In this document: piece after piece, positions 1-23,313 of the stretch | Layout: each line of letters begins with the position of its first letter | Numbering within the stretch: the stretch's first letter is position 1 | NCBI GenBank assembly: GCA_963693365.1 | Contig: CAVNZM010000001.1 | Coordinates: 4,480,907-4,544,906 of the forward strand | Length of the DNA: 64,000 nt | Reading direction: 5' to 3' | Source: Amoebidium appalachense | Lineage: Eukaryota; Protista; Ichthyosporea | Notes under the pieces: model-generated | Told to the model about the DNA's origin: nothing | Database searches by the model: none | The model's input: the letters and a program-made list of their open reading frames with translations, nothing else | Translations under genes and position numbers: made by a program

Positions 1-750
1 GGGGGGGGGGGGGGGGGGGATAGGATCGATCCAATCACTCCAACATGTAGCTCTGCCTCAGACTCACAAGATAGTTTCAGCCGTTGAGTAAAAGGCATGG
101 ACTCTACATAGATCATGAGTCACAACTCGAATTCGAAGGCACAAGGTGGGCCAAACAGCTACCAAGTCACAAACAATTTTCAAAAGCACAGTGTGGCGGA
201 GTTGAACTTCCATAATTTACTGTACAAAAACACACCTTACATAACAAATGTCACCAATAGCGTGGATTGGCTCACAATTCCGCATCAATACTGAGCGCAT
301 ATTAATATTCGACAGGTCCCTGGCTCTAACTTGTTCCTGTGAGACGGTTATAACAAAAGGTACAACACTCGTGCAATATATATGGCAGCAAACAGATGCC
401 CCAGTATCCACCTTAACCGATTAATTCACATGCTGTTGCTTTTATAATCCAAAAAAAGAAACAACTATGATAAGTTATTGCCCTAATGGACGAGAAAACT
501 ATAATACTAGTATATAAATAAAAGTAATGAAGCAACTCATCCCGTCCCCCCCCCCTCCCCTCCCCCCCCTCCTTCAACTACCACCACCACCACCACTACA
601 ACCACCACTCCCAAAACCCGCCACCACAACACAGACACACGATTTGAAAGGCTGTAACACACTATGATTTATCTCCCGGAAAAATAGAAATTTGTGGAGT
701 CTTAGGGACTCCGAGGTGGGGTGGTTGTTGCGTGAATGTGTGTGTGTGGA

Positions 751-781
<31 letters not shown>

Positions 782-1124
782 TGAGAAACTGAGACACAGT
801 AAATAATCGTAAGCGAGAACCTGGATAAAAGATCTGGGGCTGTTATAAGAAGTGTTGTGACAAACAAACGGAACATGAAAAGGAACCAACTGTCCAAAAG
901 TTAATTTGGGTTTTCATTGATTTAAATCGTGGCCTGACACTCGTGAATCTTCCCAATATATTAACGGAAATGCAGAAAAAAACATATACCAAGTATTTTA
1001 AAACGTCTTGCCAAAAATATCCATACCTTCCCACACCTTCGCGTCCGTTGAAACCTCACGCCATCCTCTTGCATATCTCCCATATAATTACGTATATCTC
1101 CTTCACAAAATTCATCTCCACACA

Positions 1125-11840
<10,716 letters not shown>

Positions 11841-12433
11841 GTTGTATTTCTGATGCAACGGAACAAACAGGAATACGGGCAGTTGAAGATGAAAAATAAG
11901 AAGAGACGAGACTAAAAATGGAGTTCAGAGGAGGCATAAAAACCAGGCGGGCTAGCAGACGGTGCGCGTTGTTGTTTTGTCGTGTGAGGAACACCCGAAA
12001 ACTTTAGTGGTGTGTGCAAAATGTGTAAGATGAACTATCTCTTCATTACATATAAATACATCTGCACAAAAGAAATTGCCACATAAAATTGAAAGGCTCA
12101 AAAGCTGCACGCACACGCTGACGTGGACACCCCAACAGTGACTGGACACAAGCCACGGGTAAAATGAGTTCTCGGGACACTGGGCATGGTGGGAAAGCGG
12201 CAAAAAACGTGCAGTCTCCCGTATTTTGATTGGAGGACGAAGAAGAGTACCATGTTCTCCGAAACCGCGAAGTGCTAGGTGGGGCGCATAGTAAGTTTGT
12301 TATGAAAAGTTTTTTTTATAATGACTTTATTGATATTCTCATCAAAAGAGAGATAATCGAGATATCACAGATATCTCAGCGAAGAAAATACAAACTTCAC
12401 CTTTACCTCGATCTCTTAGCTGTCACGTCAACT

Positions 12434-14055
12434 TTTTTATGTCGCGTTTTACCTCTTTCCTTACGGGTATCTGCTACACTAGCTGGCAATGTGAACACTT
12501 TAGACTTTTTGTTGAATTCTGTTGGTCGTCACATTGAGTATTTATATGATTTTCACACAGTGTTCAGGTATCTCAGTATGCACTTGTTACTGGATAACTC
12601 GTGAAGTTTTTATTGTCTTCTCAGTATGCCGTGCATACTTGCCTATCTTTCCGTCGAATAAATCCAGTCAAAAGAAAACTTTTCTTCCCGAGTCTTCACC
12701 ATGGCAGGTATATAAAGGTTTTCGTTTTTTCTTTTTGTGGTGGGAAGGGGTCCCACTCAGGGGAACGTGACACTGTGTGTGTGTAGTGCGGCCTTGTCTA
12801 TTCCTAATGCTGTGAGAGTGTGGGAACATCTCCCTTCCGCGGAGTTTCTCGCTTGAGGAGTGGTTTCTTCGACATCTGGTGGCCCACTGCAACTTACGGT
12901 GACTTCTACACGCTATCTACGCTTCTACGCGAGCTATTGGCGGTGGGCTGCTGCAACTTCTTCAACTGCTTCCGCGCTGCGTGAGTGGAGGGATAGCTAC
13001 TGGGTCGTCGGGGAGCTTTCCTTGTGGCTGCCGTGTTTTCAGCCTTCAGCAGTATGGCATGCGCAATGACTGGGTTTGCTTGCGTGCATTCTGTAGTTGT
13101 GTTTTCCTGTGTGTCCTGCCACAACTAGGCCGCCACCTTATCTTAGAGACAGCTTCTGCGGGTTTTCTAGGGGACGGGCCCGCGGGGATTGTTTTCTAGC
13201 TCGGATTTGGTCTGCATTGCTTTTTAAAGGGCTGACTTGCTTGCTGTGCCCCGGTAGGTTTTGAGGGGGGCCTGTTGGGGGGCAGCAGTAATGATGTCTT
13301 CTTGCGGAGTGTGGCCTGGTCATCATCGCTGCATATGACTAGTTGGAGCAAACTAGTTTCACACATACACGTGCACTTGTACCTTTGCCCGCTGGTGTCC
13401 TTTGGTCACTTGTTGTTTTATTTTTTATTTCATCGCTGTGGCTCTTTCGAAGTCGGTTATTTTGGTGGTCATGTAGCCTGTGGCTGCACGTTGCCATATC
13501 CACTGGACCACTGATCAATAAATCCCAGTCAAGAGAAAAGAAAAAAAATACAAAGAAACCTTACTCTCGGATACGGATAAGATAACGACTTGGATAACCA
13601 TACACCCAAGAAAACTCGTGAACATTCGGTGATTTAACAGATAGTCATTTTTTTTTCTTTTGACTGGATTTATTCGACGGAAAGTTATGCAAGTATGCAC
13701 GGCATACTGAGAAGACAATAAAAACTTCACGAGTTATCCAGTAACAAGTGCATACTGAGATACCTGAACACTGTGTGAAAATCATATAAATACTTAATGT
13801 GACGACCAACAGAATTCAACAAGAAGTCTAAAGTGGTCACATTGCCAGCCAGTGTAGTAGGGAAAGAGGTAAAACGCGAAAAATTCACGAGTTATCCAGT
13901 TACAAGTGCATACTGAGATACCTGAACACTGTGTGAAAATCATATAAATACTCAATGTGACGACCAACAGAATTCAACAAAAAGTCTAAAGTGTTCACAT
14001 TGCCAGCCAGTGTAGCAGATAGCCGTAGGGAAAGAGGTAAAACGCGACATAAAAA
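12434..14055. mobile_element. Non-autonomous element with ~245-bp terminal inverted repeats (MULE/foldback-like)
   Basis: 12434..12678 is the reverse complement of 13653..13879. The outer ~160 bp of the right arm is tandemly duplicated (13884..14055). No transposase and no clear TSD. Confidence 0.7.
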
Positions 14056-14339
14056 CTCACACCTATCTACATGCTTTCGATTAAAAAGTTCAGCACAAAA
14101 GTGGCACCAGCGGCGATGGAAACAAGAATTGCAAAATTTTCAGCTTCTAAATTATCCCAATAGGTACCAGTTTAAAAGTTTTGAATGTTCATTTATCGAG
14201 GCAGTTAAACACGTAAATTTCCTTTTAAATATAAAAAAACTATATAAAAAAGGCAAATTTTAAAGGGATTTAAACACAATATTATACTCCTTTAAATGCT
14301 TTTTTTCAAAAAGTCTTTTTGACAAGGTCACAATTTATT

Positions 14340-14617
14340 TATCTCAGATTATTCCGTTGGAAGTTAGAAGACTGGCTTGTTTAGATAACCCTGATATTAT
14401 ATTTTACTTATATTACGTCTATTATTGTTCTTGCCGAGACATGGTTCTCAGAATCATCATCAGTTGGAGCAATCCGGATTTTCGATTGGGTCTTCGTCAT
14501 CGACTGGTTTCTTCCGAGGCGGCATCGCGGTTTTAGCCAATCCTAGCATTCGTTCGGATTGCAGGGTCATTGCGGCGCATGAGTATTTTGTCACCATTCA
14601 GTTTCGTGCGTGGACCG
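14340..14617 (+). pseudogene. Decayed APE endonuclease fragment of a related LINE
   Basis: IVLAETWF, then a frameshift to QNHHQ...RGGIAVLANPSIRSDCRVIAAHEYFVTIQF. This aligns by eye with ORF2 of the intact LINE (VICETQFKNHNK...RGIIVLATPHVRVKCKPVAKTEFSVSIEF). Confidence 0.65.
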
Positions 14618-14618
14618 T

Positions 14619-14700
<82 letters not shown>

Positions 14701-15231
14701 GTTTATGTGTGTGTTTTTTTTGTTTTTTTTTTTGGTGGGGGGCGGAGGGGGGGGGGGGGGGGGGGGGGATCTGGGCCCGGGGCTAATAAGTTACCAAGAT
14801 CTTCGAACCCCTCCCTCCCCCCCCTCCCCCCCCCCCCCCCCCCCCCCACCACCACCACCACCACCACCACACACACACACACACACGCACGCACGCACGC
14901 ACACGCACACGCACACACACCCACAAACGCCCACACAGAAACTGCCACCACCACCACCACCTATCTTCGATGATGGTGGTCCCCTCCCCTCCTCCGGATC
15001 CCCCACTGTGCCCCCCGCTCCCCCTCCCCCCCCCCCCCCCCCTCCCCTCGAGCCCCCCCTTCCCCCCCTCCCCTCTCCCCCCCCCCCCCCCCCCACCACC
15101 ACCAAACCCCCAACACCCACCCGCCCCGCCCCCATCCCCCCACCCCATGCCCGTGGCGGGGCCGATTCCTTGCGGCACACCTTCCCCCCCTCCCACCCAC
15201 CCACCCGGTCCCTTCCCCCTCTCCCTCCCCT

Positions 15232-15270
<39 letters not shown>

Positions 15271-16302
15271 CCTCCCCCCGGACCCCACGAACTTCACGGC
15301 TTCAATTTGATCAACACTTCGTATTCTTATAGGGGTAACGTTATCGTTCCCACAGAGTGCATGTATCCGTTGCGTTGTATGAGAATCCAGTGTTTGTGTG
15401 CATGTGTGCGCGCGCGCACACACATGCACACAGTGTGTGTGTGCTAGCGCTCAGTGCAGGGGGGGGGGGGGGGGGGGGGGGGAAGGATAGTAGGGGTAAT
15501 TTCCTATGACCCTACTAGGGTGCATTTTCTCAAAAATTAGTGGACCTAGCCTCCAAAAGTTAGGTGCAGTTTCGGAAAGTTAGGGGCATTTTTTGTACCC
15601 TAAACCCCCTAATATCACAGCCTGCTATAGGAGGCCTTGTGCCAAGGCACCGCAGCAGTGCTGCAGGCTCGCAAGTTCGGCTCGAATCGTGCCTTCTTCA
15701 CACAGTACCCGTGAGAATGAACCGAATCGAATTCGCCAAACCCGGTTCAAGTGGGCCTTGCCAGCCTTGCACAGAATCCTGATTACGTCACAACACCATC
15801 ATTTTCGAGCAATTGCAAAGGTCGAATGAGCTGATTTGGGAGATGTATTATAGGTGTTAGTGGGATGGAAGAAACATTCGTCCTTTTTCTGAGAAGGTGG
15901 TTGTGTGTGAAGATAGTCTGCTGTTCAAGTGAATTTGATAACTGTAGGGTAGGAATGCTTTCGAGCAAAGTTGCTGTGAAACGAGCTAAGATATGTCTTG
16001 CTAACGTAACCTAACACGACGATGCAATACAACCTATTAACCTGCCTGGTGTTTCAGAACAAGTCTATTAGACACTGGCATGTATATGTTACTTAGGAGT
16101 TAGGGCTAGAGTTTTAGGGATAGAGAGATGCGCTGTGGCTGCTATGCACTTGCGCCTTATACAGACAAACACACCAACTTGTTTTTGGATAACACGAACC
16201 CGGCACATCCAACTACTCTTCGGAGGCTATACACCGTCACAGTAGCGCACAGACACACACACGCACACACTCACACACAGAGGCACAAGGCCTTAAAGAC
16301 AC

Positions 16303-16372
<70 letters not shown>

Positions 16373-16373
16373 G

Positions 16374-16918
16374 TTTACACGCCACATATCATATGAAGAG
16401 TTTTGGCGCCTAAGCACTCTGGTAAGGACGGCTTCCGCCGTCATTTCTACAGGGCTAAACACAAAATTCCTGGAAAAATGGTGTCACGATTTCTCCCTCA
16501 AGATGCCGCTAAAAAAGCATCGCCACAACCAACACATTCCCCACCAAGCACCGGCTCCCCCCCCCCCAGAAACACCACCGCAGCCCAAGCCGGTGAGGTC
16601 TCCGGTTACGCTCCTTCGTGTCCGAGTCCATGAATCGTTAGCAAATTTCCGTTCGCTGTGGGGTCTCCTTGGCAGTGGACTAGTAAGAGGAAGAGCAGCC
16701 GTGGCTGTGACCACCCCCAAACCGAAAGAGACCCACTGGTTTACACGTTCCTTGGTTCAGAGCCCAATCCTTACGTCGGCCTGTGCGTGCGCCTTTGCTA
16801 TCATCGTGACAGACCTGATATGCACGGCCATAAAGAAGAATGGTGAGCTGGTGAGCACAAAGCTGGACCTGGAGACCGCACACAAGGAGGGGGAAGAGAC
16901 CCTGCCTGACACGTGGAA
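16374..16918 (+). CDS. Possible coding exon of an unidentified gene
   Basis: Non-repetitive open frame (FTRHISYEEFWRLS...TAIKKNGELVSTKLDLETAHKEGEETLPDTWK) between a (CA)n-CAG acceptor and a GTAAG donor. No recognisable domain; other exons unresolved. Confidence 0.3.
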
Positions 16919-17128
16919 GTAAGCGCCGGAGGAGGTGCTGTCTGTGGGTGTGTGTGGGTGTGTGTGTGTGTGGGGAGGGGGGGGGGGGGGGGGGAGGGGA
17001 GGGGGAACAACCGTGCATGATTGGGGTTGGTTTTCCTGCGGGGCATCAGGGATGCCAGGGAGGGGGGTGGTGGTGATGGTTTCCCTGGTTGTGTGTGTGG
17101 TGGTGGTGGTGTTTTTTTTTTTTTTTTT

Positions 17129-17173
<45 letters not shown>

Positions 17174-17360
17174 GAGAGCAGCAAATGAATGAATAAGGTG
17201 TATAGAAGGATTTGGTTAAAAGAAGCAAGAAGTGAAAAATGAACCATAACTTTTTCCCCCCTTCGTTCTCAGGTTGTTATTTAGCACGTATGTACACCAG
17301 CTGACTTTCGTAGCAGTCGAATGTGTCAGTTACGTAACCAAGGAGGAATGCCCGCACACA

Positions 17361-17414
<54 letters not shown>

Positions 17415-18148
17415 AGCACACACGCAAACACACACACACACACACACACATGCACACACACACACACACTGTAATGAAAGGGCATGAATGAATTGGAATC
17501 AATCTCCTTTGAACTACGGTGTTTTGCTTTACCTATTCGCTCAAAAGTTATCTGACCGCTTTATTCGTGTCCTGGGTATTTTTTTCATTTGCAGTATAAT
17601 AAAGTAATGTGAGGTCATTTTTTGCGCAAGAAAAGTGTGCCACACGTGTGTCTTCGAATGGACAGTTAGTAGGCTGGGTTCGGCAACATTATGACAGACC
17701 AGGCTGGCCCATGTGGCTAAAGTGTTCATGTGCGTGTTTGGTCATGTGGTGGTGGGGGGTGGGGGCTGGAGGGATGTTGCAGGGGTGTGTGCCTTTTGTG
17801 CAGGTGTGTGCCGATGCGAGTGATGGGGTGAGTTGTGTGTTCCACAGGTGTGTGTGTGTGTTTGCCTGGTGGTGGTGGTCGTGAAGGGGGGGGGGGGGGG
17901 GGGGGGGGGGAGGGGAGGAGGAGGAGGGGGAAGGGGGAGGGGGGGGGGGGGGGGAGAGGGGCGGGGCGGGGGGAGGGGGGGGGGGGGGGGGGGGGGGGGA
18001 CGAATTAATTGCCCACCTCCTCCAATGCCTCCATCTTCCGTCCTTTATGACTCGATGTATCTCCACCCCTAAATCTGCATTTTCTTCGACAACCCCCCTC
18101 CCCTCCCCCCGTTGGCCTATAACTACCCCTCTTTTTCAAAACTCCAGC

Positions 18149-18180
<32 letters not shown>

Positions 18181-18545
18181 CTCCCTCCCCCTCCTCCTCT
18201 CCCACACGCACATGTACACACACACACACACCATACAAACACACACTCCGGGATACTGATTCCTTGGGGCCCTATCCTCTCGAGCGCCTAGCTGGCTGCA
18301 GCTCCAGATGTCAGTATGATGTGGCAAGCAGACAGATGCAGGGAGAGTAGTCACTCTGAGTGCTGTCTCAGGGTCCTGCGGCCTCGTATTTTTCTTTTTT
18401 TTTTAAAAAAATTTGTTGCCACAGGCGACATAAAGCGTAGTAGGGCCCAGCCACTTACGTAAGCCAGCGGGTACAAAGCCTTGGAGACTACATGGAGAGG
18501 GCAGTTTATATACCCGCTGACTTGATAATCAGCTGCAGCATAACG

Positions 18546-18574
18546 ATCGGTGGTTTAGTGGTATAATTCTCGCC
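18546..18574 (+). other. tRNA-Gly-like 5' half containing a Pol III A-box (not a complete tRNA)
   Basis: ATCGGTGGTTTAGTGGTATAATTCTCGCC versus eukaryotic tRNA-Gly GGTGGTTCAGTGGTAGAATTCTCGCC (recalled). It stops at the anticodon loop; no 3' half follows. Confidence 0.7.
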
Positions 18575-18575
18575 C

Positions 18576-18657
18576 CATCGATTCAGTCGCACACATCGAT
18601 TCAGTCGCACACATCGATTCAGTCGCACACATCGATTCAGTCGCACACATCGATTCA
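18576..18657 (+). repeat. 18-bp tandem repeat CATCGATTCAGTCGCACA x4.5 in the LINE 5' UTR
   Basis: Four perfect units plus a 10-bp partial unit. Confidence 0.95.
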
Positions 18658-18762
18658 AATGTCGCTTTTTATTATCTGCTAATAAATAGTATCCTTCGCG
18701 CATCCACCCCTAAACCGGGCCATCCGTGGCCCTAAGGGCCGGGGAACACCCCCATCCATGTC

Positions 18763-19947
18763 ATGGCACATGCCTATAATCGTTTCAGAACCTCTTTCAA
18801 AGTTCCATCTACACCCATCACACATGTGCGACCATTAAAACGTCCAGCAGATACACCTACCACAGATGCACAACCAGAAAAACATCGCCTTAGACTAAGC
18901 GCAACACCTATTTACAATACACTACCCATTCAGAATAACACCACACCACTCCGTAGAAACACAATAACAACCATGCCGAAACTTTCGGTTGATACAGTAC
19001 TGGCAGAACTTGCCCTCGTTAAGAAACAGCTAAATGAGCTGTTACCACTCAAGAACATGATAGAAAAACTCCAAACAGAAAATACCCAACTCAAGCTCAC
19101 CATTGATTCACTCACAGCCCAGCTAAACATTAGTGGATCGCAAAACCCCAAAACTCATGAGCAAACATCTCGCGACGGAGACATTTCCACCCCAACACAA
19201 AACAACACAGGACCGGAAGCACAGCTCCCGGCAGAGTTCCTAGAATATGCGAACTCTCGTAAAACACCCGAGCTCCGCCAAATTGCCAAGGAAACATATG
19301 CCAGCATTCTTGCAGGCAACGAGTACCGCCGCAACTCCCCTCCCAAACCGCCGGCTAAGGGGAACACCCAAGCAAACGGTAACATCAACATCCCACCCAA
19401 ATACGAGAGGGTGTATTTCAAAGTCAAGCACGGCAGACGCCCACACAGGGCCATGTGGTCCATCTTCAAGGCTCTCGGCTTCCGGTGCTCTCGCATCCTT
19501 TGTCTGTCCTTCATTGGATACGATGTGCTGGAAGTAGCAGTACGGGGCGACTATAACCGTGCGTTCATCCGTGACGCGACAAAGGGGTGTGGAAGCTTCT
19601 TCACCCACCTCCCAAGCTACGACCCATGCGCGCCGGAAAACATTCAGAAAGCAGACAAAGAACGTAAAGTGTCTGCTAAGAATGCGTGCGCCACACGTTG
19701 TCGTGTACGCATCAGCAAGGCAAAAGAGTTCCTCGCAAAGTTGGAAAACGATGCTACGAGCGTGATAGACACGGACACGAAGGAACCAATGTTTTCTGGT
19801 GAGAAACTGCTCGAGCGCAAACGCCGATGCGAGATGGAAATCGAGCTCTTCTGCGAACTGTTCGCGCTGGCGGAAGGTCGTGCATACGACCCCGTAAGCG
19901 ACAAGTGGGAACCAACCCCACAGGTGTCGGACCAAACCGATGCCTAA
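18763..19947 (+). CDS. LINE ORF1 protein (394 aa; coiled coil plus basic C-terminal domain)
   Basis: Intronless ORF directly upstream of, and overlapping, the APE-RT ORF; heptad segment LAELALVKKQLNELLPLKNMIEKLQTENTQLKLTIDSL. Confidence 0.85.
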   Translation: MAHAYNRFRTSFKVPSTPITHVRPLKRPADTPTTDAQPEKHRLRLSATPIYNTLPIQNNTTPLRRNTITTMPKLSVDTVLAELALVKKQLNELLPLKNMIEKLQTENTQLKLTIDSLTAQLNISGSQNPKTHEQTSRDGDISTPTQNNTGPEAQLPAEFLEYANSRKTPELRQIAKETYASILAGNEYRRNSPPKPPAKGNTQANGNINIPPKYERVYFKVKHGRRPHRAMWSIFKALGFRCSRILCLSFIGYDVLEVAVRGDYNRAFIRDATKGCGSFFTHLPSYDPCAPENIQKADKERKVSAKNACATRCRVRISKAKEFLAKLENDATSVIDTDTKEPMFSGEKLLERKRRCEMEIELFCELFALAEGRAYDPVSDKWEPTPQVSDQTDA

Positions 19948-22900
19948 TTTATCCTTCTTCTTCTGGAATGCTCGGACACTGGGCCCCCAAAAGGGCCTCC
20001 CCCCCGGGACACTCGACGATAAAATCAGCTACATACAACAACAGACAAACAACCACACGTTTACAGTGATTTGCGAAACACAGTTTAAAAACCACAACAA
20101 ATTCAACTCTACATTGGTCGACACATCCACACACCCCGGTTACGCGAAAAACCGCGGCATTATTGTACTTGCCACACCACACGTGAGAGTGAAGTGCAAA
20201 CCGGTAGCAAAAACGGAATTCTCGGTTTCTATAGAGTTTCTTTCTAATGTTTTTACTTTTGTATATTACCCACCATCTATGTCGGTTGTCGAATTGACTC
20301 ACGAGTTGTCACAGTTACCAATGTCCACTGTTATTTTAGGTGATTTTAACACGCGACTCCACCACACAGACACACTGCAAGTGAGTGTCGGGTACCCATC
20401 TAAGCCCCCGGAGCGTGCTATCCCTTTAGCAAGGTATGTCCAAAGTCACACTTTGCGGTTCCCTCAAATATCCCATGCCCACAACACCGACTGGGGAGTG
20501 GCCTTTTGGCCATCAACCATGTCAAAACTCTCTCTCCCTCCTAACCTCTCTAGGTCATCTGACCACTCTCCTATCCTTTTCCTACCTAAGATCTCCCTTG
20601 ATCTGCTCCCCCCTCCTCCTCCCACCTTTCGCCTCCGTCTATCCCAGCTTAAGTCACAGTGGGGTAGAGTTGATGTATGTGTATGCTATGCTACGAAACA
20701 CCCTATATATATGCGCCTATTAGAATCTGCACAAGCCAGGCCAGATTCACATCTCGTACTAGATACATGCACTAACTTTATTGTTGATGATTTGATAGAT
20801 CTCGGTGATTATGCTGGCGGTGGTAGGAAGGAATATCCCGATGCTCTCTTGTTACCAAACACCACTCCCGCTAGACTAGGTGAACCCCTGTCTCAAAAGG
20901 AAAGCTTGCGCCGGCTTGCTAGTATGAATCGATTTGGCCCCCCTGCTCGTATTATTGGTGATACCACTGGAGACCCCCTCATAGACTCTGATAAGTATTT
21001 CTCGGAACTGTTTAAAGATAGGACCCCCGCTCAGAAACCTATTGTGTGGCCTGTAGACCCATCTATCCCCATAGAATCGATCCTCCCCTTTTTCAGCCCC
21101 GATGCCATATGGTCTGTGATATCTAGTTATAGCTCTAGTAAGTCTTGTGGACCTGATGGACTCCCTGCTGGGTTTCTTAAAATCCTTGTTCCCTCCTACC
21201 CACAAAAGGAAAGTGATCGTGCTATTAAACCTGATCTTACTATCATGTTAAGCTCTCTCTTTTCTTGGTGTGTTAAATGTGGACATGTCCCGTCATCTTG
21301 GTTAGATACCTTAGTGATCCCCATAGTTAAGAAGGACTCTGAGGGCCCCATATCATCCTTTCGCCCCATTACACTAACCCAGGTTGTTCGTAGATTCTTT
21401 GAAGCTTGCTTACTTAGGTTATTTGCACACCACCCTAGGTTTCAATCTATTCTTCACATACACCCATGCCAATCCGCTTTTCGTAAAAACAATTCATGTT
21501 ATGTTCAAATAATGGCACTGCACGATTCTATGCAAGTTGGTGCACAATATGTTGGCTTTATTGATTGGAAAACTGCTTACGATTCTGTCTCCCCTGGTCT
21601 CCTATGGGAAAAGCTTGCTGCACGGGGTGTACCACACTGCATTGGTGTTCTGTTAGAAGCACTCTTGTCTCAAACCTATGGTAGAGCTGTGGTTAATGGG
21701 CATCTTTCATATGGTTTTGCTCGTACTAGAGGTCTCTTGCAGGGTTCATTGCTTAGCCCCTTTTTGTTTAACCTATTTATAGATGATTTGGCTGTCAAGA
21801 TTTACGCCGAAAACGATGACCCTATTAATAACTTTCCGCCTGCACTTCTCTATGCTGATGATCTGTCCCTCCTTGCCCGTACCCCTAGACGCCTGCAAAG
21901 ATTGTTCGATGTAGTGTCAGAGTGGTGCAAGGCAAACCTTATGATCCTTAACATAGACAAATGTGGTGTTCTTGTACCTGATATAGCTAACAATTTACAC
22001 ACATTTACATTATCATCTAAACCTGTACCTATAGTTCCAGAATACAAATATCTTGGTGTTCCGGTTGATTCTGTTGGTGTTATGTTTCCCCATATGGTCG
22101 AAAAGAGGGTAGAGTTGGCTCGTAAGCGGTTAGCTTTCTTCTCGGCTAATATTTTTAAAGACACACCCCTCCATCCTTCTATTAGACTTACACTTATTCG
22201 CACTTTTGTCTTCCCGGCATGTGAATATGGTTTACCCCTTCTCGCCGCTTGGATCAAGAAAGAGAGAACTAGAGCGCTTAAACCCTTGGCAAATTTCCTT
22301 GAAGCAGAAGTTGCCTCCTTTCTATCTAACAACTGTTGTAAACCTGGGCCTGTAACGCTCTCGATATATGGTCTGGTCCCAATAGCTGCTAGAGTATCCT
22401 ATCTCGCGCTGAAATTCAATAAGCACATAAGCCGCTTAAAGAAGTATTTGCCCTCCCACCCTCTCTTCTCTATCCGACCTGTCCCCTCCTCACCTCCCCC
22501 CTCTTTCCTCCCCTCTCTCTCCCCTTCTCCCCTGGGCACAAATACAAATAAACCCCGCAATAGTGTGTGTGTGACTTTGGACTGCCACTTACTTATTAAA
22601 CATGTACACAATCACAAGATAATCACGCAATATAACAAATGGAAAAAGATACCACACGACACTAGACCCGATGAAAGCATACACCTTGAAAAACTAAGCC
22701 TTATGTCTCGTTTTATATATACTGACCGCCTCAACCATATTGCCAAATATGGCACTCGCAAGTGTATAACACCTAAATACATATTACCTTCCTGTAGAAC
22801 TGGTCTTTCTCTAGCTGATGGTATTATTGATCAATTACCACGCTTTTACTGTACACGTGCTATACAGTGGAGATCTAATAAGTATAAGGTGGCATCATTT

Positions 22901-23133
22901 GCATGCCCAAACAACACACACACACACCAGTTTAACCGGTCATGTATCGCCAAATGTAGTTTGATAGACCACATAATACCGCAACACACACACGTCACAT
23001 TCACAACAGACACCCAGAAAGATAGCCTACCTGTAAATTACAACATCCTTGATTTTATACTAAACACGCGTAACTACGACCTGTTTATTAGATGTATTGA
23101 TTGGCTTGAGAAACACATCACTACAAAATTATA

Positions 23134-23134
<1 letters not shown>
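19940..23134 (+). CDS. LINE ORF2: APE endonuclease + reverse transcriptase (1064 aa)
   Basis: APE motifs WNARTL, ICET, ILGDFNT, SDHSPI; RT motifs GPDG, FRPITL, DWKTAYDSV, GLLQGSLLSPFLFN, YADD, YKYLG; Cys/His-containing C-terminus. Confidence 0.97.
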
Positions 23135-23209
<75 letters not shown>

Positions 23210-23262
23210 CCAGCTGATACCGAGTGTCCCGAGGGAAGCCCCTTTAAAAAAAATTAAAATTA

Positions 23263-23313
<51 letters not shown>

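Noticed and set aside
20-530. Possible decayed LINE C-terminus
   Set aside because: Only vague motif hints across stop-ridden frames; not supportable without a search.
16890-17290. Second TLDc gene suggested by spliced DTWKLLFST
   Set aside because: No downstream HGxS/FGG/GxGE exons were found on the plus strand.
18546-18600. Functional tRNA gene, or LINE insertion into a tRNA gene
   Set aside because: No anticodon arm, T-stem or acceptor 3' strand follows, and no tRNA 3' half lies at the LINE's right junction.
18576-18657. Short repeat array as a possible CRISPR
   Set aside because: Units are head-to-tail with no spacers, there are no cas genes, and the context is a eukaryotic LINE 5' UTR.
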